A stretch of DNA of 33,865 nt from a virus: IMG/VR virus record IMGVR_UViG_3300025706_000015, one strand, 5' to 3'. Each line of letters starts with the position of its first letter. Positions within the stretch are counted from its first letter, which is position 1. Of the stretch, positions 7,815-16,215 are shown one piece after another. Position numbers and translations under genes: made by a program. The notes beneath the pieces are model-generated. The model made no database searches and was not told the DNA's origin. It worked only from the letters and a program-made list of their open reading frames with translations.

Positions 7815-9049
7815 TTACCGCTGCCGTCTGCTGCTGGCGGTGTTAGGTTTACTTGGCCTGCCATTTCAATAGGTACGCGGTTAGCCTCAATGTAAAGTAC
7901 CTTGCCCTGGTCGCCTGGTAATGGGTCTAGGCCGTATAGTTCGCGTACTTCGTCAATCGTAGCCCAGTTGTTTACGCTAGCCTCTGCTGCTTTAAGCTTG
8001 GCCTCTACGTCCTCTGGTACTATCGGGTCAGTATAAAACTCTAGGCTGCGGTCTACGGTGTCTACTAATCGGGTGTTAAGCAATTCTAGGTACTGTTCAA
8101 CGCGTGGCTTAACTGCGTACTTAGCAAGGTTGTACTCGCTTGCGTCCATATTGCTGCGGTTTGCCTGGTCTGTGTCGCCTAGCATTGCGCCGCTTACAAA
8201 GAAAAATGCCAGTATTTCTTTACGGGTAAATTGCTGGCTGGCCAAAAAGTCCATTTCCTTTTGGGTAAGCATAAATGGCTTAAGGGTCGCGCCCTCTAAA
8301 ATAATAGGCTTGTGTGCGTTTTCCGTTCCAGTAAAGCTATCGTTAAAACTCTGCTTAAGGCGTTCAAATGCCTTGTCGCTAAGTTCGCCCTTAGTTTCAA
8401 CCGTAACGCTAGGCCTTGCGCTGTTGGCAAAAAAGCGGCGGTTGTATTCTTTGGCCTGGCTGTCAGTATCAAGCGTTGCTGCGGCTGCGGCTACTACGCC
8501 ACGCCCTCTGTATGGGTTCTCTGGGTCTGGGTTAATGTCGCGTAATACCTCAAAGACTGTGTACGGCTTGTTATTGTACTTTACTACGCTGTCGCCCCAA
8601 CTGCCCTTTAGTTCAAACTCGGTGTTTTGTGCGGGTAGTACGTGCAGTGCGCGTGGCACTTTCTTTTGGTCAGGGTCGTACATTAACTCGTACGCCTCGC
8701 CTATCATGTTCATGTAGGTAAAGTGCAGTTTACGTAATTGCTTGCCCGTTAAAAAGTCGCTTGGCTTTTCTATCAGGTCTAATAGTGGGTGGTCGGTTAC
8801 GTCCTCGTATTTGCCGTCGCTTTTCCTGCGGCGCAATTTAATAGGTATGCCTGCTGCGGCAATCGTAATAATTTCGTTAGCCTGCCATACTGCGCCAATG
8901 TTAGCCCTAAGCTGGGCTGCCTTGCTGCCGTATCGGTTAATGCTTGCGCCACCAATAAAGTTGCCGCTGCTAGGCAATGCTGGTATGTAGTCCTTTTTGC
9001 CCGTTGGCTGGCCTTGTAATGCTTTTACTGCGTTCTGTATTCTACCCAT
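7754..9049 (-). CDS. Portal protein (HK97-type)
   Basis: 431-aa ORF immediately downstream of the large terminase. Size and sequence character fit the Phage_portal family. Confidence 0.9.
   Translation of the reverse strand: MGRIQNAVKALQGQPTGKKDYIPALPSSGNFIGGASINRYGSKAAQLRANIGAVWQANEIITIAAAGIPIKLRRRKSDGKYEDVTDHPLLDLIEKPSDFLTGKQLRKLHFTYMNMIGEAYELMYDPDQKKVPRALHVLPAQNTEFELKGSWGDSVVKYNNKPYTVFEVLRDINPDPENPYRGRGVVAAAAATLDTDSQAKEYNRRFFANSARPSVTVETKGELSDKAFERLKQSFNDSFTGTENAHKPIILEGATLKPFMLTQKEMDFLASQQFTRKEILAFFFVSGAMLGDTDQANRSNMDASEYNLAKYAVKPRVEQYLELLNTRLVDTVDRSLEFYTDPIVPEDVEAKLKAAEASVNNWATIDEVRELYGLDPLPGDQGKVLYIEANRVPIEMAGQVNLTPPAADGSGKSLPSSATGAKKKLTYPPIG
7778..7787 (-). promoter_or_regulatory. A10 homopolymer (T10 on + strand): candidate -1 ribosomal or transcriptional slippage site joining portal and MuF frames
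   Basis: Portal frame reads GCA AAA AAA AAA CTA; the MuF frame reads CGC AAA AAA AAA ACT. Confidence 0.45.
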
Positions 9050-9053
9050 TTGT

Positions 9054-10484
9054 TTATAAAGTCCTTACCCGTACAACGTTTTCTTTTTCCCTCATTGTAG
9101 CAAGGCCGTTACTCCAAAAGCTATCGCCATGCCCCTCGGCTGTTTCCATAGCGTTAAGGTCGCTTGTTACTGCTAGTATTTGGCTGGTCTGGCGCTGGTC
9201 GTTAAGCAAAGTAATGCGTTTGCTTGTTATTAGTGCGTCCAGTTCAGTTGCCATACTATTTTTTCTCGTTAAGTTAAAGGTTACTGGTTTAAGTATATTC
9301 TTTTCCTGTGGCGTTGCGTTTTCGTAAAATGCCTCAAACTCGCCTCTGGTATTATCGTACCGTAAAAGTATGATATTGTATAGCGCCACAACATCAAGTA
9401 AATGTTCCCATTGTGCGTTGTAGTTCATGCCGTCTAGCCACTCGCTGCGTAGCTGCCTGTACATATACTGCGGTTCGCCGTTGCGGTCTAATTCCGTTAA
9501 TTCCCAACGTTCGTGTATTACTAAATGGCTAGGGTGGCGGTGCTTACCAATGTCCAGGCCTGCCACAATGTCATGGCTGCCCTCGTAGCCCTCTGCTGGT
9601 TTCATATTAGGGTCAATGCAAGCGTTAAGCGCCTCGCGGTCAATACGGCTTTCCTCGCTATAGGCTGGGCGGGCGCGGTATTCCTGGTTAAATGTTTTCT
9701 CGCCTATGGTTTCCCTAATGTCTAGCAGTTCGTCAAAGCTAGTCCACTCTGGCCACAAGGCAATTTTACTTACTTCGTCTACCATTGCGTCGCGTATCTG
9801 TACGTCCCATTTGTTGCGTAGCTTTTCGTTATAAAAAAAGTCCTCATTTGTTTGCGGCGTACCTACAACGCGGCACTTACCGCCCTTGTTTACCATAGGG
9901 TATATTTCCGTACCAATAATACGGTTAATCTTTAAAATTACCGTTGGCGCTAGCTTGTTCTCTGGGTCGCGTAGCGGGTCGTCAATGTAAATGCGGTCTG
10001 CGTGAATACCACGCTTAAAGGCTAGCAAGCCCGCTGGTGTCATGGTGTACGTTGCGTTGCTGCGTGTGTAGCTAAGTATGCCCTCTGCCTGCGCCTTACC
10101 GTCGTATACGTCCACAAAAAACGGGTTGCGCTTAATCATGCCCTTAAGCTTTTTAAGGTGGTAGCTACTCAAGTCAGTATTGTATGAAAAGTACCACCCC
10201 TCAATGTCGCGGGTCATAGTGAAAATATCGTACATAGCCTCGGCATATAGTCGGGTACTTTTAAAGTGGCCACGTGCTGTAACGTCCATTGTCCAGGGTT
10301 CGTTTTCCATACGTACCGCAATGTCGTCTACATATTGCCCGCCTATAAAGTCGCCGCCAAAGCTTGCGCTAAATACGTGGTTAATAAAAAAGCCAAAGCC
10401 GCCTGGTTTGCGGCACTTACGCCTAACTAACTCAATGCTGGCTAGTACTGCGTCTGCTTTACTCGTCTGTGTCGTCAGTTCCAC
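9054..10484 (-). CDS. Terminase large subunit
   Basis: 476 aa. ATPase-like ..TARGHFKST.. and ..RIYIDDPL.. (Walker B-like), plus a C-terminal RNaseH-like nuclease region ..VAGLDIGKHRHPSHLVI... Confidence 0.9.
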   Translation of the reverse strand: MELTTQTSKADAVLASIELVRRKCRKPGGFGFFINHVFSASFGGDFIGGQYVDDIAVRMENEPWTMDVTARGHFKSTRLYAEAMYDIFTMTRDIEGWYFSYNTDLSSYHLKKLKGMIKRNPFFVDVYDGKAQAEGILSYTRSNATYTMTPAGLLAFKRGIHADRIYIDDPLRDPENKLAPTVILKINRIIGTEIYPMVNKGGKCRVVGTPQTNEDFFYNEKLRNKWDVQIRDAMVDEVSKIALWPEWTSFDELLDIRETIGEKTFNQEYRARPAYSEESRIDREALNACIDPNMKPAEGYEGSHDIVAGLDIGKHRHPSHLVIHERWELTELDRNGEPQYMYRQLRSEWLDGMNYNAQWEHLLDVVALYNIILLRYDNTRGEFEAFYENATPQEKNILKPVTFNLTRKNSMATELDALITSKRITLLNDQRQTSQILAVTSDLNAMETAEGHGDSFWSNGLATMREKENVVRVRTL

Positions 10485-11031
10485 TTAATGCCTCGCCTAA
10501 AGCGCTTGCAATGCGCTGTACGTCCTGGTCGTCCATACGGTCTAGTATGGTTTGGCCATTACTCTTAACGTCAATGTTTTTATTAGGCGTACCAAAGGCG
10601 CGGTTAAGTAGGCTGTCAATGGCCATATTATTAGCTGGCTTGGTGCTAATGTAATAATACTCGTCGCTACCCTGGTCTAGGGTGTCATCTAGGTAAGCCT
10701 TTATAATCTCTGGGTCTGTAATAATCTCTGTCGTAGTAGTACGCTTGCCCTTACTATCCTCGCTGGTGGTCTTACAAAAAAGGTACTGTTCGCCAGTCGC
10801 TAGGTTAGCCTGTGCGTTAAAAAGCCTGTCTGCGTGGCGGCCTACTCGTTCCCTAAACGCCTCTAGTACTTTTTCGCGTTCCTGGGTCTTTTTATTCTTG
10901 CTATGGGCTTTACGGCCTGCGCCCTCACGCTTGCCGCCATGTTGCTTATTATCGCCGCTATTATCTTGATTGTTTTTCAAGCTATCAAGTTTTGCTGCTG
11001 CTAAGTCGCCTGCTTGTTCTGGTTCTGCCAT
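10459..11031 (-). CDS. Terminase small subunit (putative)
   Basis: 190-aa ORF overlapping the TerL start, with a basic GGKREGAGRK motif and an acidic C-terminus. The call rests mainly on position. Confidence 0.55.
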   Translation of the reverse strand: MAEPEQAGDLAAAKLDSLKNNQDNSGDNKQHGGKREGAGRKAHSKNKKTQEREKVLEAFRERVGRHADRLFNAQANLATGEQYLFCKTTSEDSKGKRTTTTEIITDPEIIKAYLDDTLDQGSDEYYYISTKPANNMAIDSLLNRAFGTPNKNIDVKSNGQTILDRMDDQDVQRIASALGEALSGTDDTDE

Positions 11032-11073
11032 ATTACTAATACCCCTTTGTTTCTATTGTAGCGCAATAGCTAA

Positions 11074-11334
11074 CTATAGTAACTTGCCCTGTGTTTCGTT
11101 AAAGCGTTTCTGGTTAGCCTGCTTAATCATTTTGCGTAACATTGCCTTGCAGTCCTTTACGCTTTTAAACGGGTCTATGCGCGTTACTACGTTATCGTAC
11201 ATAACAATGCCCTGGCCTTTAGGTATCTCTATACCTGTGCCTGCTAATTTGTCCCGTAGTTCTGCTGCTGCCGTATCTAAAGTGCTACCCGTCATAGCCT
11301 CTATACTCCAATATGGTTTTATGTACACCTGCAT
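11074..11334 (-). CDS. Hypothetical protein
   Basis: 86-aa ORF. An alternative start at 11295 (MTGSTLD..) would reduce the overlap with the upstream gene. Confidence 0.6.
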   Translation of the reverse strand: MQVYIKPYWSIEAMTGSTLDTAAAELRDKLAGTGIEIPKGQGIVMYDNVVTRIDPFKSVKDCKAMLRKMIKQANQKRFNETQGKLL

Positions 11335-11893
11335 ACGTTGCCCGTCTAGCGTAGTAATACAAAAGGTGCATTTCTGCGCTTACGTTCTTTTTAAACGTTC
11401 CAGGCCAACGCCAACTTTCTGCGTTAATAGGTTCTGGGTTTGGTATGTAGCTGTTTTTAATTTCGCGCAATTTGCCGCTAGGGTATAAATAAATTAGCCC
11501 CCAACCTAGCGGTAGTTCCTCTGGCTTTACCATATCCTTTGGCACTACGTAAAAACGTCTGTCGCCCATGCCTTTGTCTGGGTTACGTCTAAAGCTTTTA
11601 TTCTTGTCGCCCAGGTAATCGCCTCTGCTTACCTTAATTTCGTACACTACGCTATAGTCGTCTTTAAAACCTATAACGTCTGGTAGTTCGGTATTGTGGC
11701 TAAAAAACTCTGGTAGTACAACTGGTAGGCGCTTACTCATATACTCTGCTGCAATCTGCACTAGCATAGTGTGGGTAACTTTAAATGCCTTGCACTTGCC
11801 ACAAAGTACGCCTACCGTATGCGTCATACAGTTACAGTTTTTGCATAGCGTTATGTCTAGTAGGCCGTCGCCGTCGCTGTCATGTGGGTTCAT
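11285..11893 (-). CDS. PD-(D/E)XK-type nuclease with N-terminal zinc ribbon (putative)
   Basis: CKNCNC..CGKCK cysteine cluster, then ..DVIGFKDDYSVVYEIKVSRGDY.. (a D...E-x-K signature). Confidence 0.45.
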   Translation of the reverse strand: MNPHDSDGDGLLDITLCKNCNCMTHTVGVLCGKCKAFKVTHTMLVQIAAEYMSKRLPVVLPEFFSHNTELPDVIGFKDDYSVVYEIKVSRGDYLGDKNKSFRRNPDKGMGDRRFYVVPKDMVKPEELPLGWGLIYLYPSGKLREIKNSYIPNPEPINAESWRWPGTFKKNVSAEMHLLYYYARRATYAGVHKTILEYRGYDG

Positions 11894-12237
11894 TTTGCCC
11901 TGCGCTGCGCCCTGTTTAGGCCTGCGTCCATATCAACGGTAGTGTGTAGCTTTAATGCCTCTGGCCGTACGTTTTCCTCTAATGGTTCAAACTCAAGGTT
12001 GCCTAGCAAAAAGCAAAATGCCCCGTACTCTATTTCGTAGTCCACGCCCAGTACTAGCGTATTGCCTGGTACACCCTCAATGCGGGTAATTTCGTTGCTA
12101 ACTGGCTGGCCAATGCCCCGCGCAAACATAGCTACCATTTGGTCGCCGCTAATATAGGCAAGCTTAAAACGCCGTTCGTCCTTAATCTGCTTGTAAACCT
12201 CTGCTGCGCGTTCCATTTCTCGTTGTTGCGTGTTCAT
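11890..12237 (-). CDS. Hypothetical protein
   Basis: 115-aa ORF with a 4-nt overlap to the downstream gene. Confidence 0.75.
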   Translation of the reverse strand: MNTQQREMERAAEVYKQIKDERRFKLAYISGDQMVAMFARGIGQPVSNEITRIEGVPGNTLVLGVDYEIEYGAFCFLLGNLEFEPLEENVRPEALKLHTTVDMDAGLNRAQRRAK

Positions 12238-12239
12238 GG

Positions 12240-12455
12240 CTATTTAGTCCTGCTGCCTGGTACGTTTGGTATTTGTGCTGCCTCTTTGGCCTCGCTTTTT
12301 TCAATCGCCGCTACGTCCTCGTAAACAAGGTGGGCAATGTAATTTGCTACGGTGCGGTTCTGCGCCTTAGCCACCTTTTTAGCAATGTCGTAAACCTCGC
12401 GGTTCATATGCACTTTTGTATAGTTCTGTCTGTAGTCCTCTGGCTTTGTTGCCAT
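12240..12455 (-). CDS. Ribbon-helix-helix (Arc/CopG-like) DNA-binding protein (putative)
   Basis: ..KVHMNREVYDIAKKVAKAQNRTVANYIAHLV.. shows a beta-strand/helix/helix pattern. Confidence 0.5.
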   Translation of the reverse strand: MATKPEDYRQNYTKVHMNREVYDIAKKVAKAQNRTVANYIAHLVYEDVAAIEKSEAKEAAQIPNVPGSRTK

Positions 12456-12459
12456 ATTC

Positions 12460-12675
12460 TTACCCCTTTATCTCTACGTTAATAATTGCGTCGTCATTGC
12501 CCGCGCTAACAACTATGCTGTTGCCAGTGCGTACAATGGCCAGGCGTTCTACGGTTACTGGCTGCGTAAGCTGCACTGGTAGCGGTTCGCCTGTTATTTG
12601 GCCACTGGCCTGCTTGTACCCGTCGCCCTGTTCTACGGTAATAACCGCTGTACGCTTTCTAAACCAATTAAACAT
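12460..12675 (-). CDS. Hypothetical protein
   Basis: 71-aa ORF, tightly packed in the operon. Confidence 0.7.
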   Translation of the reverse strand: MFNWFRKRTAVITVEQGDGYKQASGQITGEPLPVQLTQPVTVERLAIVRTGNSIVVSAGNDDAIINVEIKG

Positions 12676-12931
12676 TGCCGCGTACCTCTTTTAATACGTC
12701 CAACGTCTTTAACCACTCGGCCTTGTCTACGTCCATACCCAGGGCATTTACGCTATAGCGGCGGTTAATTTCGTCAATCATAAATGTTAGTTCGCTTTGG
12801 CTAAATACGCCCTGGCCTGCAAAAAAGCGTATGTCCTCGGCCGTAGGCTGCACTGCGTACGTCATGCGGCCAACTGCGTAGTTAAACGCGTTTACTAATG
12901 TGGTACTGCTAACTGTTCGTTCTATCTGCAT
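12668..12931 (-). CDS. Hypothetical protein
   Basis: 87-aa ORF. Confidence 0.75.
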   Translation of the reverse strand: MQIERTVSSTTLVNAFNYAVGRMTYAVQPTAEDIRFFAGQGVFSQSELTFMIDEINRRYSVNALGMDVDKAEWLKTLDVLKEVRGNV

Positions 12932-12939
12932 AATGCCCC

Positions 12940-13275
12940 CTAAAATGGTATCTCGCTTAAGTCTATAGGCTGGTCGTCGTTTAAGCTGTCGTTAGTATGG
13001 CCGCCCTGGTTCATGTCGTCCGCTGCGGTTGCCTGGTCGTCTGGCGTAACGTCGCGGCGGTTATCTTTGCGTCCGTTCTCGCGGTCTTTGTCAATAGGAA
13101 AAACAGAGGCGTAGCCGTCCCATGCGCCAATAGGTATGCTGTTTAGCTTAATGCTGGTGCGCTTTTTACCGTCTTTTTCGGTAACAATAATAACGCCAAT
13201 GTTCTGCCAACGGGTCTTTGTTTCGCCGTTGCTTTCGTATTCCTGCGGTACGGTTATGTTGTGGGTAGCTGGCAT
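12940..13275 (-). CDS. Small ssDNA-binding-like protein with SSB-type acidic C-terminal tip
   Basis: The C-terminus ...DDQPIDLSEIPF mimics the SSB DDDIPF tail. The N-terminal ~65 aa are beta-rich and preceded by a disordered acidic linker. Confidence 0.5.
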   Translation of the reverse strand: MPATHNITVPQEYESNGETKTRWQNIGVIIVTEKDGKKRTSIKLNSIPIGAWDGYASVFPIDKDRENGRKDNRRDVTPDDQATAADDMNQGGHTNDSLNDDQPIDLSEIPF

Positions 13276-13277
13276 TA

Positions 13278-13499
13278 CTAGCGCCCCCTATAAGTCGTAT
13301 TGCCATTTTTTGCACGTAAGCGCTTTGCCTCGTTCCACTGCATACGCCTAAAAAAATTAAATAATGGTAATCGTAAACCTAGCCACGCTTTTTTGCTGGG
13401 TGCGTCCTCGTCTAAGTTTTTGCGGCCGCCTTTTGCAAGGCTAGTTACTAAAAAATGAAAAACTATTTGCCGCCTGCTAATTTTTGGTAACTTACTCAT
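13278..13499 (-). CDS. Hypothetical basic protein
   Basis: 73-aa ORF with an ATG overlapping the upstream stop by 8 nt. Confidence 0.55.
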   Translation of the reverse strand: MSKLPKISRRQIVFHFLVTSLAKGGRKNLDEDAPSKKAWLGLRLPLFNFFRRMQWNEAKRLRAKNGNTTYRGR

Positions 13500-13728
13500 A
13501 TCGTCCCTTTCGCTTGTGTACGCCTGGCCGTCGTCCTACGTGGTAGTGTTCGCCAAACTCGCAACGGTAAAACTTCATAGTGCTAAGGCCTGTGCTTTTC
13601 GCTTTGGCTGCCTCTTTGCTATAACGTATTTTACCCTCGCAACTGGCTAAGTACTTTGGGTCAAGGTGTTTGCCCCTGCGCTGCGCCGCTGCAATAGTTT
13701 TACGTATCTTGCTGCGCTTTGCCCCCAT
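13492..13728 (-). CDS. Hypothetical basic protein
   Basis: 78 aa. The motif GGAACAACGA lies 3 nt upstream of the ATG. Confidence 0.75.
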   Translation of the reverse strand: MGAKRSKIRKTIAAAQRRGKHLDPKYLASCEGKIRYSKEAAKAKSTGLSTMKFYRCEFGEHYHVGRRPGVHKRKGRYE

Positions 13729-13801
13729 AGGTCGTTGTTCCCTCGCTTACGTTGTTGTTGTACTACTATCGTACTATAAAAGTAACACTAGCACTATAGT
13801 T

Positions 13802-14125
13802 TTATGGTTCTATTTCGTCAAAGGCTACCCATAAAGTGCTGCGTAATTTCTCATGCGCGTTGCTGCCCTGGTTGCTGCATATCGTTAGGTTTACGTGGCC
13901 AGGGTCATACTGTACGCCAATATGCCCGTCTGCCAATAAAATAGCCCCACTAAAGCCCTGGGGGTATAGTTCATGTTTCACACTGCCAACTACAGTAAGG
14001 CCTGGTAGGTTCGCTAAAATAACGTTCCAAACCTGTAGCCCTGTAATCTGTTTATCAAAGTCAAAGTCTAAGCCGTCCGCAATTATCTGCGTAGTATTAA
14101 CTGTAGCGCGGCCGTTGTTCCCCAT
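13802..14125 (-). CDS. S-adenosylmethionine decarboxylase-like protein lacking the Glu-Ser processing site
   Basis: ..HELYPQGFSGAILLADGHIGVQYDPGHVNLTICSNQG.. parallels the AdoMetDC core F.P.G.SGvvllaESHlsIHTWPE...D.FTCG, but has DG in place of ES. Confidence 0.45.
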   Translation of the reverse strand: MGNNGRATVNTTQIIADGLDFDFDKQITGLQVWNVILANLPGLTVVGSVKHELYPQGFSGAILLADGHIGVQYDPGHVNLTICSNQGSNAHEKLRSTLWVAFDEIEP

Positions 14126-14696
14126 GTACCTTATTGTACTTTTGTTTAAATAATTCTGCTATAGGCTTTTTGCTGGCGTATTTGTCCGTCGCCTTTGTCA
14201 TAATCGTTACTACCCAGTCTGCCTTTTGCAGTGTCTTAAGCGGCAATGCGTAGCCCTGCATTTTGCCAAACTCGCCACCCGCTATAGGTTTCTGTCCTTT
14301 GGCGTATAGGTTGCGGCAAGCCTCGCGTAATTTCTCAAAGTCCATTACATAAATAAACTCGCTAAGTTGCCCCGTCGCTTTCCAGCCGCCGTTTATGGTC
14401 GCCCACTTTTCCACCACAAATACAAAGTATTTAGCCTGGCTGTGCTTTAGGGTATCTATCTCAACAAACACGTTGCCCGTTTTGCCGTACAATTTATCGT
14501 ACTTAACCTCTACCCATGTCTGGCAATGGCCACAAAACATATCGCCGCGCGGTTCGTAGCCCTCGCTATGTACGTACCAACACTCGCGGTTAAGCCGCCC
14601 AAATACTGTTAGTACTAATTCCTCTGCTGGTATCGCGTCTGCCAGGTCGTTAGTAAAGTTGCTGGCTGCGCGTTCCTCTGGCGTATACACCCCCAT
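14097..14696 (-). CDS. Hypothetical protein
   Basis: 199 aa. GGAACAACGA lies 3 nt upstream of the ATG. Contains CGHC and ..WVEVKYD... Confidence 0.8.
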   Translation of the reverse strand: MGVYTPEERAASNFTNDLADAIPAEELVLTVFGRLNRECWYVHSEGYEPRGDMFCGHCQTWVEVKYDKLYGKTGNVFVEIDTLKHSQAKYFVFVVEKWATINGGWKATGQLSEFIYVMDFEKLREACRNLYAKGQKPIAGGEFGKMQGYALPLKTLQKADWVVTIMTKATDKYASKKPIAELFKQKYNKVHGEQRPRYS

Positions 14697-14727
14697 TTGT
14701 CGTTGTTCCCCTCGTTGTTTTTAGGTT

Positions 14728-15360
14728 CTAGTAACATTGTACCTTACTGCGGCATACGCCCCACTGCCCAATAAAGCTGTGGCCGTTCGCTACGTAGTTA
14801 TTGTATGCCCAACGTACGTTTACGGCTGCGTCAATTAGCTGTTCCTGCGGTGGCCTCGTCCTGGCGTTAGCGCCCGCTATGTTCACCTGAAAACAACCAA
14901 TACTGTAGTCGCCTGTGCTTGGCGTATTGTTAATCACGCCTGGGCGGTGCTGGCTTTCCGCTACCATTACTGCCATTGCAACGCTTTGCCCCCAATCGTA
15001 CTTGGCAATCTCTGCGGCACAATCGCCGTAGCCGCCAATGTCATGTACGCCGTATGGTACGGGGTCTGCCTTGCTAGGCGCTGCTGCAACTACTGGCGCT
15101 GGTTCTACGGCCGCTGGTGCGGGCGTTTCTGGCGCTGGCGTAGTTACTGCTGGTTCGTCCTGCTTAGGCTGTTCCTGCTTTGTCTGCGGCGCTAATGCGC
15201 TGGCTGTTTCGGTTACTGTTAAGGTAGCCTGGTGCGGCTTTGGTTCGGTTATGTTTAGTAGTGCAAATATCGCTACAAACACTACTGCAATTACAAGTTT
15301 CATAGTATCCGCAAGCCCTGGTTTACTGTCGCGGCTGCCTGCGTTTTTCGTTGCCCTCAT
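14728..15360 (-). CDS. Membrane-anchored/secreted lytic transglycosylase (SLT/lysozyme-like domain)
   Basis: N-terminal hydrophobic anchor (MKLVIAVVFVAIFALL), a P/A/T-rich linker, then ..AVMVAESQHRPG....DYSIGCFQVN.. (catalytic E-S and G-x-x-Q motif). Confidence 0.7.
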   Translation of the reverse strand: MRATKNAGSRDSKPGLADTMKLVIAVVFVAIFALLNITEPKPHQATLTVTETASALAPQTKQEQPKQDEPAVTTPAPETPAPAAVEPAPVVAAAPSKADPVPYGVHDIGGYGDCAAEIAKYDWGQSVAMAVMVAESQHRPGVINNTPSTGDYSIGCFQVNIAGANARTRPPQEQLIDAAVNVRWAYNNYVANGHSFIGQWGVCRSKVQCY

Positions 15361-15375
15361 TAAGTTAGTGCTTTT

Positions 15376-15570
15376 CTATTTTACTATACTTAGTGCAAAG
15401 TACACGCTTACCACTGCTACGCCGTAGCCTAGTACGTGTGCTACCATGTCGCCTGCGTTCAATAGGCCAGTAAGCTTAAGTGCTGCCAGTGCCATAATCG
15501 CAAGTGCTGCTACCTTTACTACTACTGCTGCTTTTTCGCGCTTTGTCATTTCGTTGTTTTTGTTTGCCAT
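15376..15570 (-). CDS. Small membrane protein (2 TM)
   Basis: Start moved from the track's TTG at 15588 to the ATG at 15570 (MANKNNEMTKREK..), because AAAGGAACAACGACA sits directly upstream of that ATG. Confidence 0.7.
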   Translation of the reverse strand: MANKNNEMTKREKAAVVVKVAALAIMALAALKLTGLLNAGDMVAHVLGYGVAVVSVYFALSIVK

Positions 15571-15628
15571 TGTCGTTGTTCCTTTCAATAGCTGTTAATT
15601 GTTTTGGTGTTGGTAATTGCCAACTGTG

Positions 15629-15648
15629 GGGGCGGGTTGCCCTGCCCC
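15629..15648 (-). terminator. GC-rich hairpin (terminator-like or RNA-stabilising, no clear U-tract)
   Basis: Sense GGGGCAGG-GCAA-CCCGCCCC, 15 nt after the stop of 15663..15848. Confidence 0.35.
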
Positions 15649-15662
15649 GTATCAGTTGCTAA

Positions 15663-15848
15663 CTACGCTGCTAGCAGTTCTTTTACCTTGTCCTGTATCA
15701 AAGTCCAGTGTTCGGTTGCCTCTGCCTCTTTCATTGTCTTAATCAGTTCGTCTTTGTGTTCGTGCATAAATGCCGCTGGGTTAAGTACGTTATTCTTTGC
15801 TAGGGTTTCAATCGCAATGTTTACGCTAATCTTTCGTAGGTTTGTCAT
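15663..15848 (-). CDS. Hypothetical protein
   Basis: 61-aa ORF whose start overlaps the upstream stop. Confidence 0.65.
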   Translation of the reverse strand: MTNLRKISVNIAIETLAKNNVLNPAAFMHEHKDELIKTMKEAEATEHWTLIQDKVKELLAA

Positions 15849-16075
15849 TACTTTGCTACCTTTCCTGTGTTAAATGCTTTGCCCCATGCCTTAAGTGCGT
15901 TTGCGTAGTTCTGGTAGTGCTTGCTGCGTGTACCGTCTGCAAGTTCTACCTCGTAGTGTCGTAGTGTTACGTCGCCTGCTGGGTAGTTCCATGTGCGTAC
16001 AACCTCTACTAGGTGTACCTCGCCCTGGTTGCCCAGGCTGCGGGTTTCGGTTGTGGTTGGTTCGTAAGTATTCAT
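15848..16075 (-). CDS. Hypothetical protein
   Basis: 75 aa. GGAACAACGA lies 2 nt upstream of the ATG, with a promoter-like element upstream. Confidence 0.8.
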   Translation of the reverse strand: MNTYEPTTTETRSLGNQGEVHLVEVVRTWNYPAGDVTLRHYEVELADGTRSKHYQNYANALKAWGKAFNTGKVAK

Positions 16076-16106
16076 GGTCGTTGTTCCTTGCTTATCTTAT
16101 GGTCTA

Positions 16107-16135
16107 ATCATAGCGCAAGTTCTACAGTTTTGCAA
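16107..16135 (-). promoter_or_regulatory. Sigma70-like promoter TTGCAA-N17-TATGAT
   Basis: -35 at 16130..16135 (within CTATTGCAA) and -10 at 16107..16112, about 30 nt upstream of the ATG at 16075. Confidence 0.5.
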
Positions 16136-16215
16136 TAGTTTTCTATAGTTTTTAGTACTACTTTAGTATTCTACCCCTGTTAATATAATGTTGTAAAATA
16201 GTCATGCTTGGGCGG

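Noticed and set aside
15571-15588. Track start (TTG at 15588) of the small membrane protein.
   Set aside because: The six extra codons (KGTTT) are simply the translated AAAGGAACAACGACA initiation motif. The ATG at 15570 is the likely start.
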